DNA of 62,304 bases. Origin: Actinomycetota bacterium (lineage in GTDB: Bacteria > Actinomycetota > Acidimicrobiia > Acidimicrobiales > Ilumatobacteraceae). This document shows, one piece after another, positions 1 to 10,011 of this stretch. Position 1 is the stretch's first letter. Each line of letters opens with the position of its first letter. The stretch covers positions 1-62,304 of the forward strand of contig JAQCGT010000001.1 of the NCBI GenBank assembly GCA_027730505.1. The letters are read 5' to 3'. Position numbers and translations under genes: made by a program. Below the pieces are notes generated by a model that was not told where the DNA came from, ran no database searches, and saw only the letters and a program-made list of their open reading frames with translations.

Positions 1-543
1 GGTCTCGAGATGCGCGTTGTGGACCCCGACACGAGGGAGGATGTCCCCGAGCGGCACGTCGGAGAGTTGCTGTTGCGGGGCACGTCGGTCACCCCGGGGT
101 ACTACAAGCGCGAGGACGCCACGGCGGCACTGTTCCATGACGGCTGGCTGTGCACGGGTGACCTCGCCTATCTGCTCGATGGTGAGCTCGTGCTGTGTGG
201 TCGCATCAAGGATGTGATCATCGTGGGCGGGCGCAACGTGTTTCCTGAGGACATCGAGCGTGCCGTCGGAACCCTCGACGGTGTGCGAGCCGGCAATGTG
301 ATCGCCTTCGGGGTCGAGGGGTACAAAGGCAAAGAGACCGTGGTGGTCGTGGCCGAGGTGCGAACCGATGACCCCGATGTGGTCCGGGAGGCGATCCACC
401 ACCGAACGCTCGAGGTGTGCGGCCTTCCGCCCCGAGATGTGATGTTGGTGCACGCCGGCACACTGCCGAAGACCTCTTCGGGCAAGCTGCAGCGCGCCAA
501 GTGCCGCGAGATGTACCTGGCGGAAGCGCTGCCTCTCGTTTGA
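1..543 (+). CDS. AMP-dependent synthetase/ligase (fatty-acyl-AMP/CoA ligase family), C-terminal fragment; the 5' end lies upstream of the window
   Basis: The frame is open from base 1. It has the adenylate-forming C-terminal domain pattern GDLAYL...GRIKDVIIVGGRNVFPEDIE and the catalytic-Lys motif PKTSSGKLQR. Confidence 0.8.
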   Translation, partial: GLEMRVVDPDTREDVPERHVGELLLRGTSVTPGYYKREDATAALFHDGWLCTGDLAYLLDGELVLCGRIKDVIIVGGRNVFPEDIERAVGTLDGVRAGNVIAFGVEGYKGKETVVVVAEVRTDDPDVVREAIHHRTLEVCGLPPRDVMLVHAGTLPKTSSGKLQRAKCREMYLAEALPLV

Positions 544-559
544 GCCGCTGACGGGCTGT

Positions 560-1525
560 TCAGCCGGCGATCAGCGGCGTGAGGGTCTCACCGAGAAGTT
601 GAACCCTTCCTGGGATGTGGCAGTTGGCGACTGCGTTAACGGTGAAGCCGTCGAGTCCCATTGCAATTTGTGTGGCCATCTGTTCTGCGACCTCATCGGG
701 AGAGCCGTGCACCACATTTGCGCGGCCCAACTCGAGGTCGGATCCGGTCAAGCCTCGGCCCATGAGCATTGCGTCGAGCTCGGCGACTGCCTCGTCGTGA
801 GTGGGGGCGATGCACACCGACTGCTGACGGGTCACGGTGATCGATGCTCGATCACGCTTTTCGGTGCCGCAGTGCTCATCGAGCACAGCGAGCTTGCGAC
901 TGATGTCGCTGACCGGGCAGATCAGGTTGGAGTCATCGGCATAGCGGGCGACGAACCGCAGAGTCTTGCGTTCACCGCCGCCACCGATCATCACCGGGAT
1001 ACGACCGACGGGCGGCGGTTCGTTCATGGCCTCATGCACCGAGTACCACTTGCCGTCGAGGCTCGGCCGCTCACCGGAGAGCATGGGGATGATGATCTGC
1101 AATGCCTCATCGAGTTTCTCGAAACGGTCCGTGAAGGTTCCGAACTCGATGCCGAAGGCTGAGTGCTCGAGCTCGAACCATCCAGCGCCGATGCCGAGTT
1201 GGGCGCGACCACCGGAGACGATGTCGAGGGTGGTGATGATCTTGGCCAGCACGGCCGGGTTCCGGTAGGTGTTCCCGGTTACCAGCGATGACAGCCTGAC
1301 CGTTGAGGTTTCACGGGCAAGGGCCGCCAGGACCGTGTAGCACTCGAGCATGTTCATCTCGGGCGGGCCGATCATCGGCAGTTGGTAGAAGTGGTCCATC
1401 ACCATGACGGTGTCGAAGCCTCCGGCCTCGGCTTCACGGGCCTGGCGTGCGACTTCGTTGAAGAGCCGGTCCGGCCCGACACCTGGATAGGTGAACGACG
1501 GGATTTGATAGCCGAGTCGGGTCAT
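560..1525 (-). CDS. Luciferase-like monooxygenase (LLM) family, probably an F420-dependent oxidoreductase
   Basis: 321 aa. The N-terminus MTRLGYQIPSFTYPGV...FDTVMVMDHFYQLP and the GIGAGW motif are typical of actinobacterial LLM/F420 enzymes. Confidence 0.8.
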   Translation of the reverse strand: MTRLGYQIPSFTYPGVGPDRLFNEVARQAREAEAGGFDTVMVMDHFYQLPMIGPPEMNMLECYTVLAALARETSTVRLSSLVTGNTYRNPAVLAKIITTLDIVSGGRAQLGIGAGWFELEHSAFGIEFGTFTDRFEKLDEALQIIIPMLSGERPSLDGKWYSVHEAMNEPPPVGRIPVMIGGGGERKTLRFVARYADDSNLICPVSDISRKLAVLDEHCGTEKRDRASITVTRQQSVCIAPTHDEAVAELDAMLMGRGLTGSDLELGRANVVHGSPDEVAEQMATQIAMGLDGFTVNAVANCHIPGRVQLLGETLTPLIAG

Positions 1526-1575
1526 TTCGGGAGCTCCTTGGGTTCATCGTTGACAGCCGTGCGACACTGTCGATC

Positions 1576-2643
1576 GTGAAGGTGGTTTACTCGTTCAGGC
1601 ACCGGGCGCACCACCCCGAGCAGGAATTCGAGGAGTCTCGGCTTCACGAACCGCACGAACACCCAGGTCGGGCCGAGGCCATCCGTGCGTCGCTCGCAAC
1701 CGACAGTCGCTTTGAGTTCGTGGCCCCCGATGACCATGGACGAGCACCGATTGAGGCGGTCCACGATCGAGGACTCATCGATTTTCTGGAAACGGCGTGG
1801 TCCCGATACCAAGAGACGTTCGGGCCGACGCACGATGTGGTGCCCGATGTTTTCGCTCACGGACGCCTGCGTGACGGCATGGGTGAGGCGCCTGCGCCGA
1901 CGACCATTGGCGCCGAGCTCGGGTACTGGTGCTTCGAGACGACCACGCCGCTCACGCACGGCACCTATGACGCGGCCCGTTCGTCGGTTGACGTTGCCTT
2001 GACCGCTGGGTCGATGGTGCTCGGGGGTGATCGGGTGGCATACGGGCTGTGTCGTCCTCCGGGGCACCACGCCACTCGTTCGGTGTATGGGGGATACTGC
2101 TTCTTCAACAACGCGGCGATCACTGCGGCGCATTTGTCGGCGGTCACAGGGTCAAAGGTCGCGGTCCTCGATGTCGACTATCACCATGGAAACGGGACCC
2201 AACAGATCTTCTATGAACGTGAGGACGTTCCGTTTGTGTCGCTGCACGGCGACCCGAAGCGGGCGTATCCCTACGTGGCTGGTCATGTCGATGAGACCGG
2301 CGTTGGCGCCGGTGCTGGTGCCACGTTGAACCTGCCCTTGCCGGCGGGAACCGAGGATGACCGATACCTCGCAGTGCTCGGAGACGCGCTCGAGTGGGTG
2401 ACGTCGTCAGGGGCAGCGATGGTGGTCGTCAGCCTCGGACTCGACACCTATCACCTCGACCCGATCAGCGATCTCGGTCTCACCGCCGATGGCCTCGAGC
2501 GATGTGGTGAGTTGGTGGCATCGGCGGGCTTGCCGTTGGTGATTCTCCAAGAGGGCGGATACGCAACCGACGACCTTGGGGAGAACACCCGTCGCTGGCT
2601 GTCGGGCGCGCTCTCAGGCGTTGGCGGCGCGCCTGGCTCGTGA
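1576..2643 (+). CDS. Histone deacetylase-family amidohydrolase (acetoin utilisation / acetylpolyamine deacetylase-like)
   Basis: GTG start. Motifs RPPGHHA and DVDYHHGNGTQQIF plus EGGY near the C-terminus match the class I/II HDAC fold signature. Confidence 0.85.
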   Translation: MKVVYSFRHRAHHPEQEFEESRLHEPHEHPGRAEAIRASLATDSRFEFVAPDDHGRAPIEAVHDRGLIDFLETAWSRYQETFGPTHDVVPDVFAHGRLRDGMGEAPAPTTIGAELGYWCFETTTPLTHGTYDAARSSVDVALTAGSMVLGGDRVAYGLCRPPGHHATRSVYGGYCFFNNAAITAAHLSAVTGSKVAVLDVDYHHGNGTQQIFYEREDVPFVSLHGDPKRAYPYVAGHVDETGVGAGAGATLNLPLPAGTEDDRYLAVLGDALEWVTSSGAAMVVVSLGLDTYHLDPISDLGLTADGLERCGELVASAGLPLVILQEGGYATDDLGENTRRWLSGALSGVGGAPGS

Positions 2644-3180
2644 CGGGGTGATGACCCTGATGACGGTGGCGACCGCCGCCGCCATCGCCAGCGTGATGGC
2701 GCCGGCCTGATAGACCCGGTTTGAGGTGTCGGTGCCCGTCCAGCCTGCGTGGACGAGGGCGGCAAGCACGAGCGGGAAACTGATCCGGTGAACGATCAGC
2801 CAGAACCGACGGGACAGCCTGCGGCGTAGGAGCGATGTGACCTGGATGACGACGAGCAGGTACATCGACACGACACCGACTGCCGTTCCGATTTCGGCGG
2901 TGCGGGTCGCGCCCTGCCAGGTGGCCGCTCCGGGTACCAAGAGGTCGGCCACTCCGAACGACACCCACCCGTCGAGCACGAGACCGAGGAGATGGGCTGC
3001 GGTCATGGCGATTGCGGTGCCGCTCAGCCACGTGTGTGTTGCCAACAGCCATGCAGGACGGTCGACGCCTCGCAGCGCCCGTGTCGAGAGCAGGACACCC
3101 CACACGAGAGAGAGCACAAGGAGGACGAGAGCGACAATGCCTGTCGATCGCGAGAGGTACCACCAGATGTGTTCGTTCAT
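2614..3180 (-). CDS. Stand-alone ferric-reductase-type (FRD/MsrQ-like) bis-haem transmembrane protein
   Basis: Start chosen at MNEHIWWYLSRS (ATG 3180), which overlaps the apbE stop as ATGA. About 6 hydrophobic helices. His pairs are spaced H-x13-H (HTWLSGTAIAMTAAH) and H-x12-H (HRISFPLVLAALVH), as in the NOX/FRE haem-ligand pattern. No fused soluble domain. Confidence 0.75.
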   Translation of the reverse strand: MNEHIWWYLSRSTGIVALVLLVLSLVWGVLLSTRALRGVDRPAWLLATHTWLSGTAIAMTAAHLLGLVLDGWVSFGVADLLVPGAATWQGATRTAEIGTAVGVVSMYLLVVIQVTSLLRRRLSRRFWLIVHRISFPLVLAALVHAGWTGTDTSNRVYQAGAITLAMAAAVATVIRVITPSRARRAANA

Positions 3181-4094
3181 CGCAGGAAGTCCTTCCAGGA
3201 GGAGGTGGTGTGTTGGGCTCCGTCGTCGCTGATGATCAGTGCGGCGAGACCGTGATGCTCGTATTGATCGAGAGCAGTTCTGATCGGACGCGAGAACGGC
3301 ACTTTGGTGAACGCTTCGGCCCATGCCGCGGTGCCGGCAATCACCGTGCAGGCGACGACTCCCGTCGCCGAGGGAATGAGTGTTCGCGGGTCGATGATGT
3401 GGTGAGCCGAATCTCCTTCGGCGCGAGTCCAGCGCCGAAGCAGGGTTGACGAACTCGCCACGCCCCCGGACTCGATCGCAATCCGATGGATCGGCTCAAT
3501 GCGGTCGGGATTCCAGACGTCGACCTGCCATCCGCCCGCTGGGGGCTCACCGGCGACACGGAGGTCGCCGCCGATTTCGACGAGGATTGATCTCGCCTCA
3601 TCGCAGAACTCCTCTGCGATGAGATCGGCTGCGAGTCCCTTGCCAATACCGCCGGGGTCGATGACGGTTCCCGGTGGCAGTGCAGCGCGGGACGTTTCGC
3701 GATCGACCAGGATCTTGGTCGGGTCGGAGCGCGATGTGGCGTCGGCAGGTATTTCGGATTGTCGTCTTGGTTCGTCCCGACTCCGGTCGTATCCGAGCGA
3801 CGCAAGTGTTCCGAGCATCGTCGGGTCGAATGCGCCATCGGTGACGAGCCAGGCTCGTGCTGCTGATTCGAGAAGCGTGATGCTGTCCGATGAAATGTGG
3901 ACTGGTCTGCCGCCAGCTTGGTTCAGCATCGAGATGTCACTGGTCGGGAGAAATCGCGACCAGCGGGCCTCCAACTCTCTCAGACGAACGAAGGCCTGAC
4001 GGGCGATCGAATCGGGGGCCGCAATAGCGGCGGTTGAGCCCATGACCGGCCCTTCGGCCACGAGGCGCGGAGGGGCTGTCAGGTCAACTGCCAC
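3177..4094 (-). CDS. apbE: FAD:protein FMN transferase (ApbE family)
   Basis: 305 aa. It has the ApbE-type motifs FDPTMLG and IDPGGIGKGLAADL and a C-terminal HHIIDPRT. The GTG start at 4094 overlaps the upstream gene end; an internal ATG at 4043 is also possible. Confidence 0.85.
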   Translation of the reverse strand: MAVDLTAPPRLVAEGPVMGSTAAIAAPDSIARQAFVRLRELEARWSRFLPTSDISMLNQAGGRPVHISSDSITLLESAARAWLVTDGAFDPTMLGTLASLGYDRSRDEPRRQSEIPADATSRSDPTKILVDRETSRAALPPGTVIDPGGIGKGLAADLIAEEFCDEARSILVEIGGDLRVAGEPPAGGWQVDVWNPDRIEPIHRIAIESGGVASSSTLLRRWTRAEGDSAHHIIDPRTLIPSATGVVACTVIAGTAAWAEAFTKVPFSRPIRTALDQYEHHGLAALIISDDGAQHTTSSWKDFLR

Positions 4095-4953
4095 CGGTGT
4101 TCCCTTGGGCAGGAGGAGGAGTCGGTGATGGAAGAGTGATCACGATCGGAGCTGGCTGTGCGACTGGCACCGTTGTCGTCGAAGTCGTTGTTGCCGGCGG
4201 GGAGGTTGCCGCCGGAACGGTCGCTGGCGGAGCAGTTGTCGCGGGTTCTGGAGGCGCTGGGATTGTTTGAGTTGTCTCAACCACCGGTGAGGCGGCCGGC
4301 GCTGGCGTGGTGTCGGTGGGAGCGGGGCTCGCTGGTTGTGTCGCCTCCACAGGAGCATCCGTGGCAAGCGTTGGACGTGGCTCGCCACTGGCCACGGTGG
4401 GCGCTATTGCGCCGGGCTGTCTTGCAGTCTCGGCAGCCGGCGAAGTGGTGATCGTGGAGGAGTCGCTCGTCGCTTGCGGAGCCGACTCAGTGAAGGAGCT
4501 CAGGTCAACGATCGGCTGAGCAGTTGCGAGAAACTGCTGCAACTCGCTGACCGACGACATCTGGCGCAGGTCGATCGGCCTACCCGTGTCGTCGACGACA
4601 ACCATGACCACCGACGCATCGGCGCTGACCCGTACGGTTCCTGGTGCTTGCGATACCGATGCTTGATCTGGTGGGCTCGCTGGGGCGCTCTCGATCGAAG
4701 CCCCGACGTGCTGCTCGGCGATTCCGATGGCGGTCATCAGCCCGAGCGCCGCGGTTGAACTCGCTCCGATGGTGATCAGTCGTGCGGCCCGAGCTGTGGG
4801 CTGTTTTCGAGGGGGGTCAATCTGGGTCTGCCCCGGGTGCGCAGGCGCAGTGGTGGTGCTGTCGTCCGGCGTTGCATCGTCGGCGGATTGTTGAGCAGCG
4901 CGTTGGGCCTTGAGCGCTGCGATCCGCGCAGCTCGGTCGTTCTGAGGGGACAC
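4084..4953 (-). CDS. Membrane-anchored Pro/Thr/Ala-rich protein of unknown function
   Basis: GTG start preceded by AGGAAG. One TM helix (LITIGASSTAALGLMTAIGIA), a short ordered stretch (VRVSADASVVMVVVDDTGRPIDL), then a long P/T/A low-complexity tail. Same strand and operon as apbE. Confidence 0.55.
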   Translation of the reverse strand: MSPQNDRAARIAALKAQRAAQQSADDATPDDSTTTAPAHPGQTQIDPPRKQPTARAARLITIGASSTAALGLMTAIGIAEQHVGASIESAPASPPDQASVSQAPGTVRVSADASVVMVVVDDTGRPIDLRQMSSVSELQQFLATAQPIVDLSSFTESAPQATSDSSTITTSPAAETARQPGAIAPTVASGEPRPTLATDAPVEATQPASPAPTDTTPAPAASPVVETTQTIPAPPEPATTAPPATVPAATSPPATTTSTTTVPVAQPAPIVITLPSPTPPPAQGNTGGS

Positions 4954-4985
4954 GTCGTCGTCTTCCTGCAGTCGGTCGGGCTCGA

Positions 4986-5870
<885 letters not shown>

Positions 5871-5939
5871 GGGGAGTCCTTTCGCTCGACGAAGTGACTT
5901 CCACGGTAAGGGCGCGATGCCAGAGGGGGCCCCGTGGAT

Positions 5940-5957
5940 ATCCAAGGGACATCCAAG
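5940..5957. promoter_or_regulatory. Direct repeat ATCCAAG-N4-ATCCAAG (11-bp phasing) in a divergent intergenic region; candidate response-regulator box
   Basis: ATCCAAG occurs at 5940-5946 and 5951-5957, between the poly-Asp/apbE operon and the OmpR-family regulator gene. OmpR/PhoB regulators typically bind direct repeats about one helical turn apart. Confidence 0.25.
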
Positions 5958-6017
5958 AACTGGTGTCAGATCGGCAGTTCCCCCGGATCAGCCATCACCG
6001 GATGAGACAATCGGTCT

Positions 6018-6710
6018 GTGGACCTGTTGTTGATCGAAGACGATGACGCAATTGCCGAGTCACTCATGGGGCCGCTCACGAACGCAGGCTTTGCCGTCCG
6101 CCGCGCAGCAAATGGGGCAGATGGAATCGACCACATGTCGTCGGGACCGTCGCCAGACATCGTGCTCCTCGACCTCGGCCTGCCGGATATGGACGGCTAT
6201 GACGTGTGTCGCACCCTTCGGGCGACGTCGTCGGTACCTATCATCGTGGTCACCGCTCGTAGCGACGAGTTCGACCGGGTGCTGGGTCTCGAACTCGGTG
6301 CCGACGACTACATGGTCAAGCCGCTCGGGGCACGCGAGTTGGTGGCTCGAATCCGCGCTGTCTTGCGGCGGACCCGAGACGGTGTCGCCGGGGCGTCAGC
6401 CGTTGACGAGCAGGACCGACTTGAGGTTGGCCCCTTGGTGATCGACCGACGGACCCATCGAGTCCACCTCGGTGGTGAAGAGATCTCGTTCACCCCGAAG
6501 GAGTTTGAGTTGCTGGTCTTTCTCGCTGAGGATGCCGGTGCGGTCCGAACGCGGACCGACATCGTCGAGCACGTCTGGGACGCGAATTGGTTCGGGCCGA
6601 CCAAGACCGTCGACGCCCACGTCGCTGGTATCCGCCGCAAGCTCGGAGACCCGGCATGGATCGAGTCGGTGCGTGGCGTCGGATTCCGGCTGGAGATGCC
6701 GTCGGGATGA
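6018..6710 (+). CDS. OmpR/PhoB-family two-component response regulator
   Basis: Receiver domain (LLIEDDD...DIVLLDLGLPDMDG...KP) plus a winged-helix C-terminal domain (LTPKEFELLVFL...VRGVGFRL). Confidence 0.9.
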   Translation: MDLLLIEDDDAIAESLMGPLTNAGFAVRRAANGADGIDHMSSGPSPDIVLLDLGLPDMDGYDVCRTLRATSSVPIIVVTARSDEFDRVLGLELGADDYMVKPLGARELVARIRAVLRRTRDGVAGASAVDEQDRLEVGPLVIDRRTHRVHLGGEEISFTPKEFELLVFLAEDAGAVRTRTDIVEHVWDANWFGPTKTVDAHVAGIRRKLGDPAWIESVRGVGFRLEMPSG

Positions 6711-8080
6711 GGCTCCGGATTACCGCCGTTCTCGTCGGCATCGTGCTGTTGGTGTTGCTCGTTCAGGACGTGCCACTCGTCAACCACCTGCAGACCGTCG
6801 AACGAGATCGATTGGTCACCAAATTGGAACGTGATGCGTTCATCATTGCTGGCCGGGTTGAGGAGGTGCTGCAGGCGGGGGGCGAGGCTCCCGACCCCGC
6901 CATCGTCGGGATCATCGAACGGTACGAGGACTCCGAAAACGTGAGCGTCGTGGTCACCGACTCGTCCGGTGCCGCTGTCTTCGGGCCAGATTTTGAATTG
7001 GGCGAGGACTTCATGAATCGACCGGAGGTGGTCACCGCCCTTGAAGGTCGTCCAAGCACTGGCGAACGCAATTCGGTCACCCTTGGCACCGATCTGTTCT
7101 TCGTGGCGGTTCCGGTGTTATCCGGCGACGACGTAGTTGGTTCAGTGCGAATCACCACGGTCGCTGCTGCGATCGATGACGAGGTGAGAAACCGCATCAT
7201 CGGACTTGGAGCGGTGGTGCTCATATCGGTAGCGATCGCGGCCGCTGCGGCAGCCGTACTCGCATGGACGGTGACGCGCCCGTTGAAGCGGCTCGATGAG
7301 GTAACGCAACGATTGGCTGCTGGCGACCTCGGAGAGCGAGCCGATGAAGCTGAGGGTCCTCCTGAAGTCCGGTCACTCTCCAAGTCATTTAATGACATGT
7401 CGAGTCGGCTTGAGCAGCTCGTAGCCCGCCAACGGGCCTTCGCCGGGACTGCATCTCATCAGCTCCGCACGCCGCTCACCGCGCTCAGGCTGCGACTTGA
7501 GTCGCTTGCATCGTCGGTTGAGGGAACGCCTCAGGAGCGCGATGTGCTGGCCGCAGTTGCCGAGACCGACCGGCTGCGTCGCATGATCGAGGGTCTGCTC
7601 CTTCTCAGTCGCGCCGAGGATGCAGCGGTGGCGCCCGAGGCAGTTGTGTTGAGCACGATTGTTGAGGATCGGGCGGCGTATTGGGAGCCGCTGGCAGCGG
7701 AACGGTCGGTTGTCATCTCGTGGGATGCGCCACCCGCCGTCGATGTGCGCGCCGTTCCCGGGGGACTTGAGCAGATCATTGACAATCTCGTCGACAATGC
7801 ACTCGACGTAGCGCCAGCAGAATCGACGATCAGGATCTCAGCGTTGCTCGTTGGGGCCAATGTCGAAGTGCACGTCATTGACGAGGGTCCGGGTCTCTCA
7901 GAAGACGATCGCGATCGCGCCTTTGATCGTTTCTGGCGTGGCGAGCACGCAGCGCCGGGAGGATCAGGCTTGGGGCTCTCGATTGTTCGTCAGTTGGCCG
8001 AAGCGGCAGGCGGCTGGGCCGAACTCCGAGCGGCACCGCAGGGCGGTATCGATGCTGTCGTTGGGTTCAGGCGGCCCTGA
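6707..8080 (+). CDS. Sensor histidine kinase (TM-sensor-TM-HAMP-HisKA-HATPase)
   Basis: Start chosen at MRLRITAVLVGIVLLVLLV (ATG 6707), which overlaps the regulator stop as ATGA. H-box SHQLRTPLTAL. N, G1 and G2 boxes DNLVDNA, IDEGPGL and GGSGLGLSIV. Confidence 0.85.
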   Translation: MRLRITAVLVGIVLLVLLVQDVPLVNHLQTVERDRLVTKLERDAFIIAGRVEEVLQAGGEAPDPAIVGIIERYEDSENVSVVVTDSSGAAVFGPDFELGEDFMNRPEVVTALEGRPSTGERNSVTLGTDLFFVAVPVLSGDDVVGSVRITTVAAAIDDEVRNRIIGLGAVVLISVAIAAAAAAVLAWTVTRPLKRLDEVTQRLAAGDLGERADEAEGPPEVRSLSKSFNDMSSRLEQLVARQRAFAGTASHQLRTPLTALRLRLESLASSVEGTPQERDVLAAVAETDRLRRMIEGLLLLSRAEDAAVAPEAVVLSTIVEDRAAYWEPLAAERSVVISWDAPPAVDVRAVPGGLEQIIDNLVDNALDVAPAESTIRISALLVGANVEVHVIDEGPGLSEDDRDRAFDRFWRGEHAAPGGSGLGLSIVRQLAEAAGGWAELRAAPQGGIDAVVGFRRP

Positions 8081-9086
8081 GGTCGTCGAGAACCTTCGCC
8101 CAACGCCCCGGGTCGGACTTGTACGGGGCGTAGAAACTGAGTCGGTCGACGATGTCGCCATAGCGCCGCTTGAGCTCGCCACCGATCTGCTCGGGCTCGC
8201 CGACCACGGCAAAGGTGTTGAGCACCTCGTCGTCGATGACCTCGCCCATCTTCACCCATTCGCCCGACTTCGACAGGTGGTTCAGTTCATCTTGCATGTC
8301 GCCCCAACCGTGCACGTCGAGCACGCCTCGGTACGCCGGCGTCGAACCGTAGAAGGCGATCTGCTGCTTCGTCGCCTGTGCGGCCTTCGCCATCTCTTCT
8401 TCGGTGTTGCCCGTGACCACGAACAGGGGACCCGAGATCTCGAATCCGTCCAGCGTGAGGCCTGCTTTGGCTCGGCCGCGCTCGATGGCAGGAATCGTGA
8501 CTTCCCGCATGTACTTCTCGGTGGTGAATCCGTGGACGATCATCCCATCGCACGTTTCACCAGCCACCTCGGTCATCAGCGATCCGACAGCCGCGATATA
8601 GATCTTCGGGACACCGAATCCAGACAGGTCAGCTTTATCGGGTGTGAAGAACGGGGTCATGAGTGTGTGCGTGTAGAAGTCGCCGCGGAACTCGAGCTTC
8701 GCGTCGTTGAGCCAGCAGTCCCAGATGGCCCGAATCGCAAGGATCATCTCGCGCATCCGCGGCGCCGGGTGGCTCCAGTCCATCGAGAACCGCTTGGTGA
8801 TATGTGGTTTGATCTGCGAGCCGAGCCCAAGGATGAAACGTCCTTTCGAGAACGCCTGCAGATCCCACCCGAGGTTGGCGAGAAGCATCGGGTTGCGGGC
8901 GAACGCGACGGCGATCGATGTGCCGAGTTCGATATTGGAAGTGTCCGCCGCCGCCTGGACGAGGGGAAGGAATGGATCGTGAGCGGTCTCGGCCGTCCAC
9001 GCGCCGTCGTAACCAGCCTGTTCGAGTTCACGGGCTGAAGCTGCGGCCTCGGCGAGCCCACCCATCAAAGTTGCGTCGATCTTCAT
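8067..9086 (-). CDS. LLM-family, probably F420-dependent oxidoreductase
   Basis: Start chosen at MKIDATLMGGL (ATG 9086). It shows the typical pattern AGYDGAWTAETAHDPFLPL and ...GFTTEKYMREV. Confidence 0.8.
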   Translation of the reverse strand: MKIDATLMGGLAEAAASARELEQAGYDGAWTAETAHDPFLPLVQAAADTSNIELGTSIAVAFARNPMLLANLGWDLQAFSKGRFILGLGSQIKPHITKRFSMDWSHPAPRMREMILAIRAIWDCWLNDAKLEFRGDFYTHTLMTPFFTPDKADLSGFGVPKIYIAAVGSLMTEVAGETCDGMIVHGFTTEKYMREVTIPAIERGRAKAGLTLDGFEISGPLFVVTGNTEEEMAKAAQATKQQIAFYGSTPAYRGVLDVHGWGDMQDELNHLSKSGEWVKMGEVIDDEVLNTFAVVGEPEQIGGELKRRYGDIVDRLSFYAPYKSDPGRWAKVLDDLRAA

Positions 9087-9129
9087 GCACTGACCGTAGC
9101 CGTCGTGGGCCTCCGGGGCGTATCCGGCG

Positions 9130-10011
9130 TCACTCTTGGTCGCGGAGGAACTGTTCGACCTCGGCACCGAGTTCGTCAGCGGGGATGACTTCAATGCCGT
9201 CATCGCCACCGACGGGTGCACTGTCGGCATCTGCGTCGTAGAGGTCCTCGAGTTGTCGAAGCATGGTCACGTGCTCATCGTTGCCGGCGACGAGTTCGTC
9301 GAGGTGACGCCGGCGCGCGATCGCATCGGAACGAAGATCGACGGCGTCGAGGACGACGTGGACGGCGGTGCGAATCCCTTCGATGAGTGCGACGGATGCA
9401 GATGGGTATTCCATCGTCGCTGCGTAGTGAGGGACCTGTGCCCAGATGCCGAGCGTCGGAATACCGACACTGTGAAACCGATGCTCGAGCACGCCGGCGA
9501 TGCCAGCAGGCACATCGAGGGTGCTGCGAAGAAACGGCACCGACGCAAGTACGTCTTCGGATGCGGTGGTCACCGACAGCCTTGACGCTCGAGTGTGCGG
9601 TGTGGCGAACGGGTATGCGCCGAGATGTACGGCGGCTGCGGTTCCGGTGGCGAGAGCCAAGGCCGTGAGATCGTCGGCGAAACGGTTCCACGCCAGATCT
9701 GGCTCTGGTCCGTGGACGACGATGAGATCGCGTCCGGTTCGATCAGCGCCGATCGAAACCTCGATCCGTTGCCAATCGAGCACGGCGTTGAGGCCCTCCA
9801 CCAACTGCATCGTGGGCCGCCGAGCGCGAAAGTCGAGGTAGGTGTCGTCGTCGAATACGGCAACGGTGCGAGCTTCGGTCTCGTCGATGATCGCGTCGAT
9901 TGCTGCCTTGGCGGCGGCGCCAGCATCGATCCATCCACTGAGGTGCACCACCATGACTGGTCGCTCAAGCGACGGCAGCGGTCCGTCCCAGGTCACGGTG
10001 CTGGTCGTCAT
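9130..10011 (-). CDS. PAC2 (proteasome assembly chaperone 2-like) family protein
   Basis: Start chosen at MTTSTVTWDGPLPSLERPVMVVHLSGWIDAG (ATG 10011), which overlaps the upstream stop as ATGA. The acidic C-terminal tail is typical of actinobacterial PAC2 proteins. Confidence 0.8.
   Translation of the reverse strand: MTTSTVTWDGPLPSLERPVMVVHLSGWIDAGAAAKAAIDAIIDETEARTVAVFDDDTYLDFRARRPTMQLVEGLNAVLDWQRIEVSIGADRTGRDLIVVHGPEPDLAWNRFADDLTALALATGTAAAVHLGAYPFATPHTRASRLSVTTASEDVLASVPFLRSTLDVPAGIAGVLEHRFHSVGIPTLGIWAQVPHYAATMEYPSASVALIEGIRTAVHVVLDAVDLRSDAIARRRHLDELVAGNDEHVTMLRQLEDLYDADADSAPVGGDDGIEVIPADELGAEVEQFLRDQE

Noticed and set aside
2614-2643. Convergent gene-end overlaps (HDAC-like / ferric-reductase-like at 2614-2643; histidine kinase / LLM at 8067-8080) as possible antisense regulation.
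   Set aside because: Short 3' overlaps are common in compact high-GC genomes, and there is no additional structure or conservation evidence.
6587-6706. 5' extensions of ORFs in the six-frame track, starting at 6587, 8067-9230 (to 9230), 9130-10299 (to 10299), 11912, 13798, 16735, 18411, 23555, 45159, 54104 and 61263.
   Set aside because: The extended N-termini are Arg/Pro-rich, overlap upstream genes and lack homology-like sequence. Internal starts give canonical N-termini (for example LepA, S20, HemW, PAC2), often with ATGA/GTGA coupling to the upstream stop.
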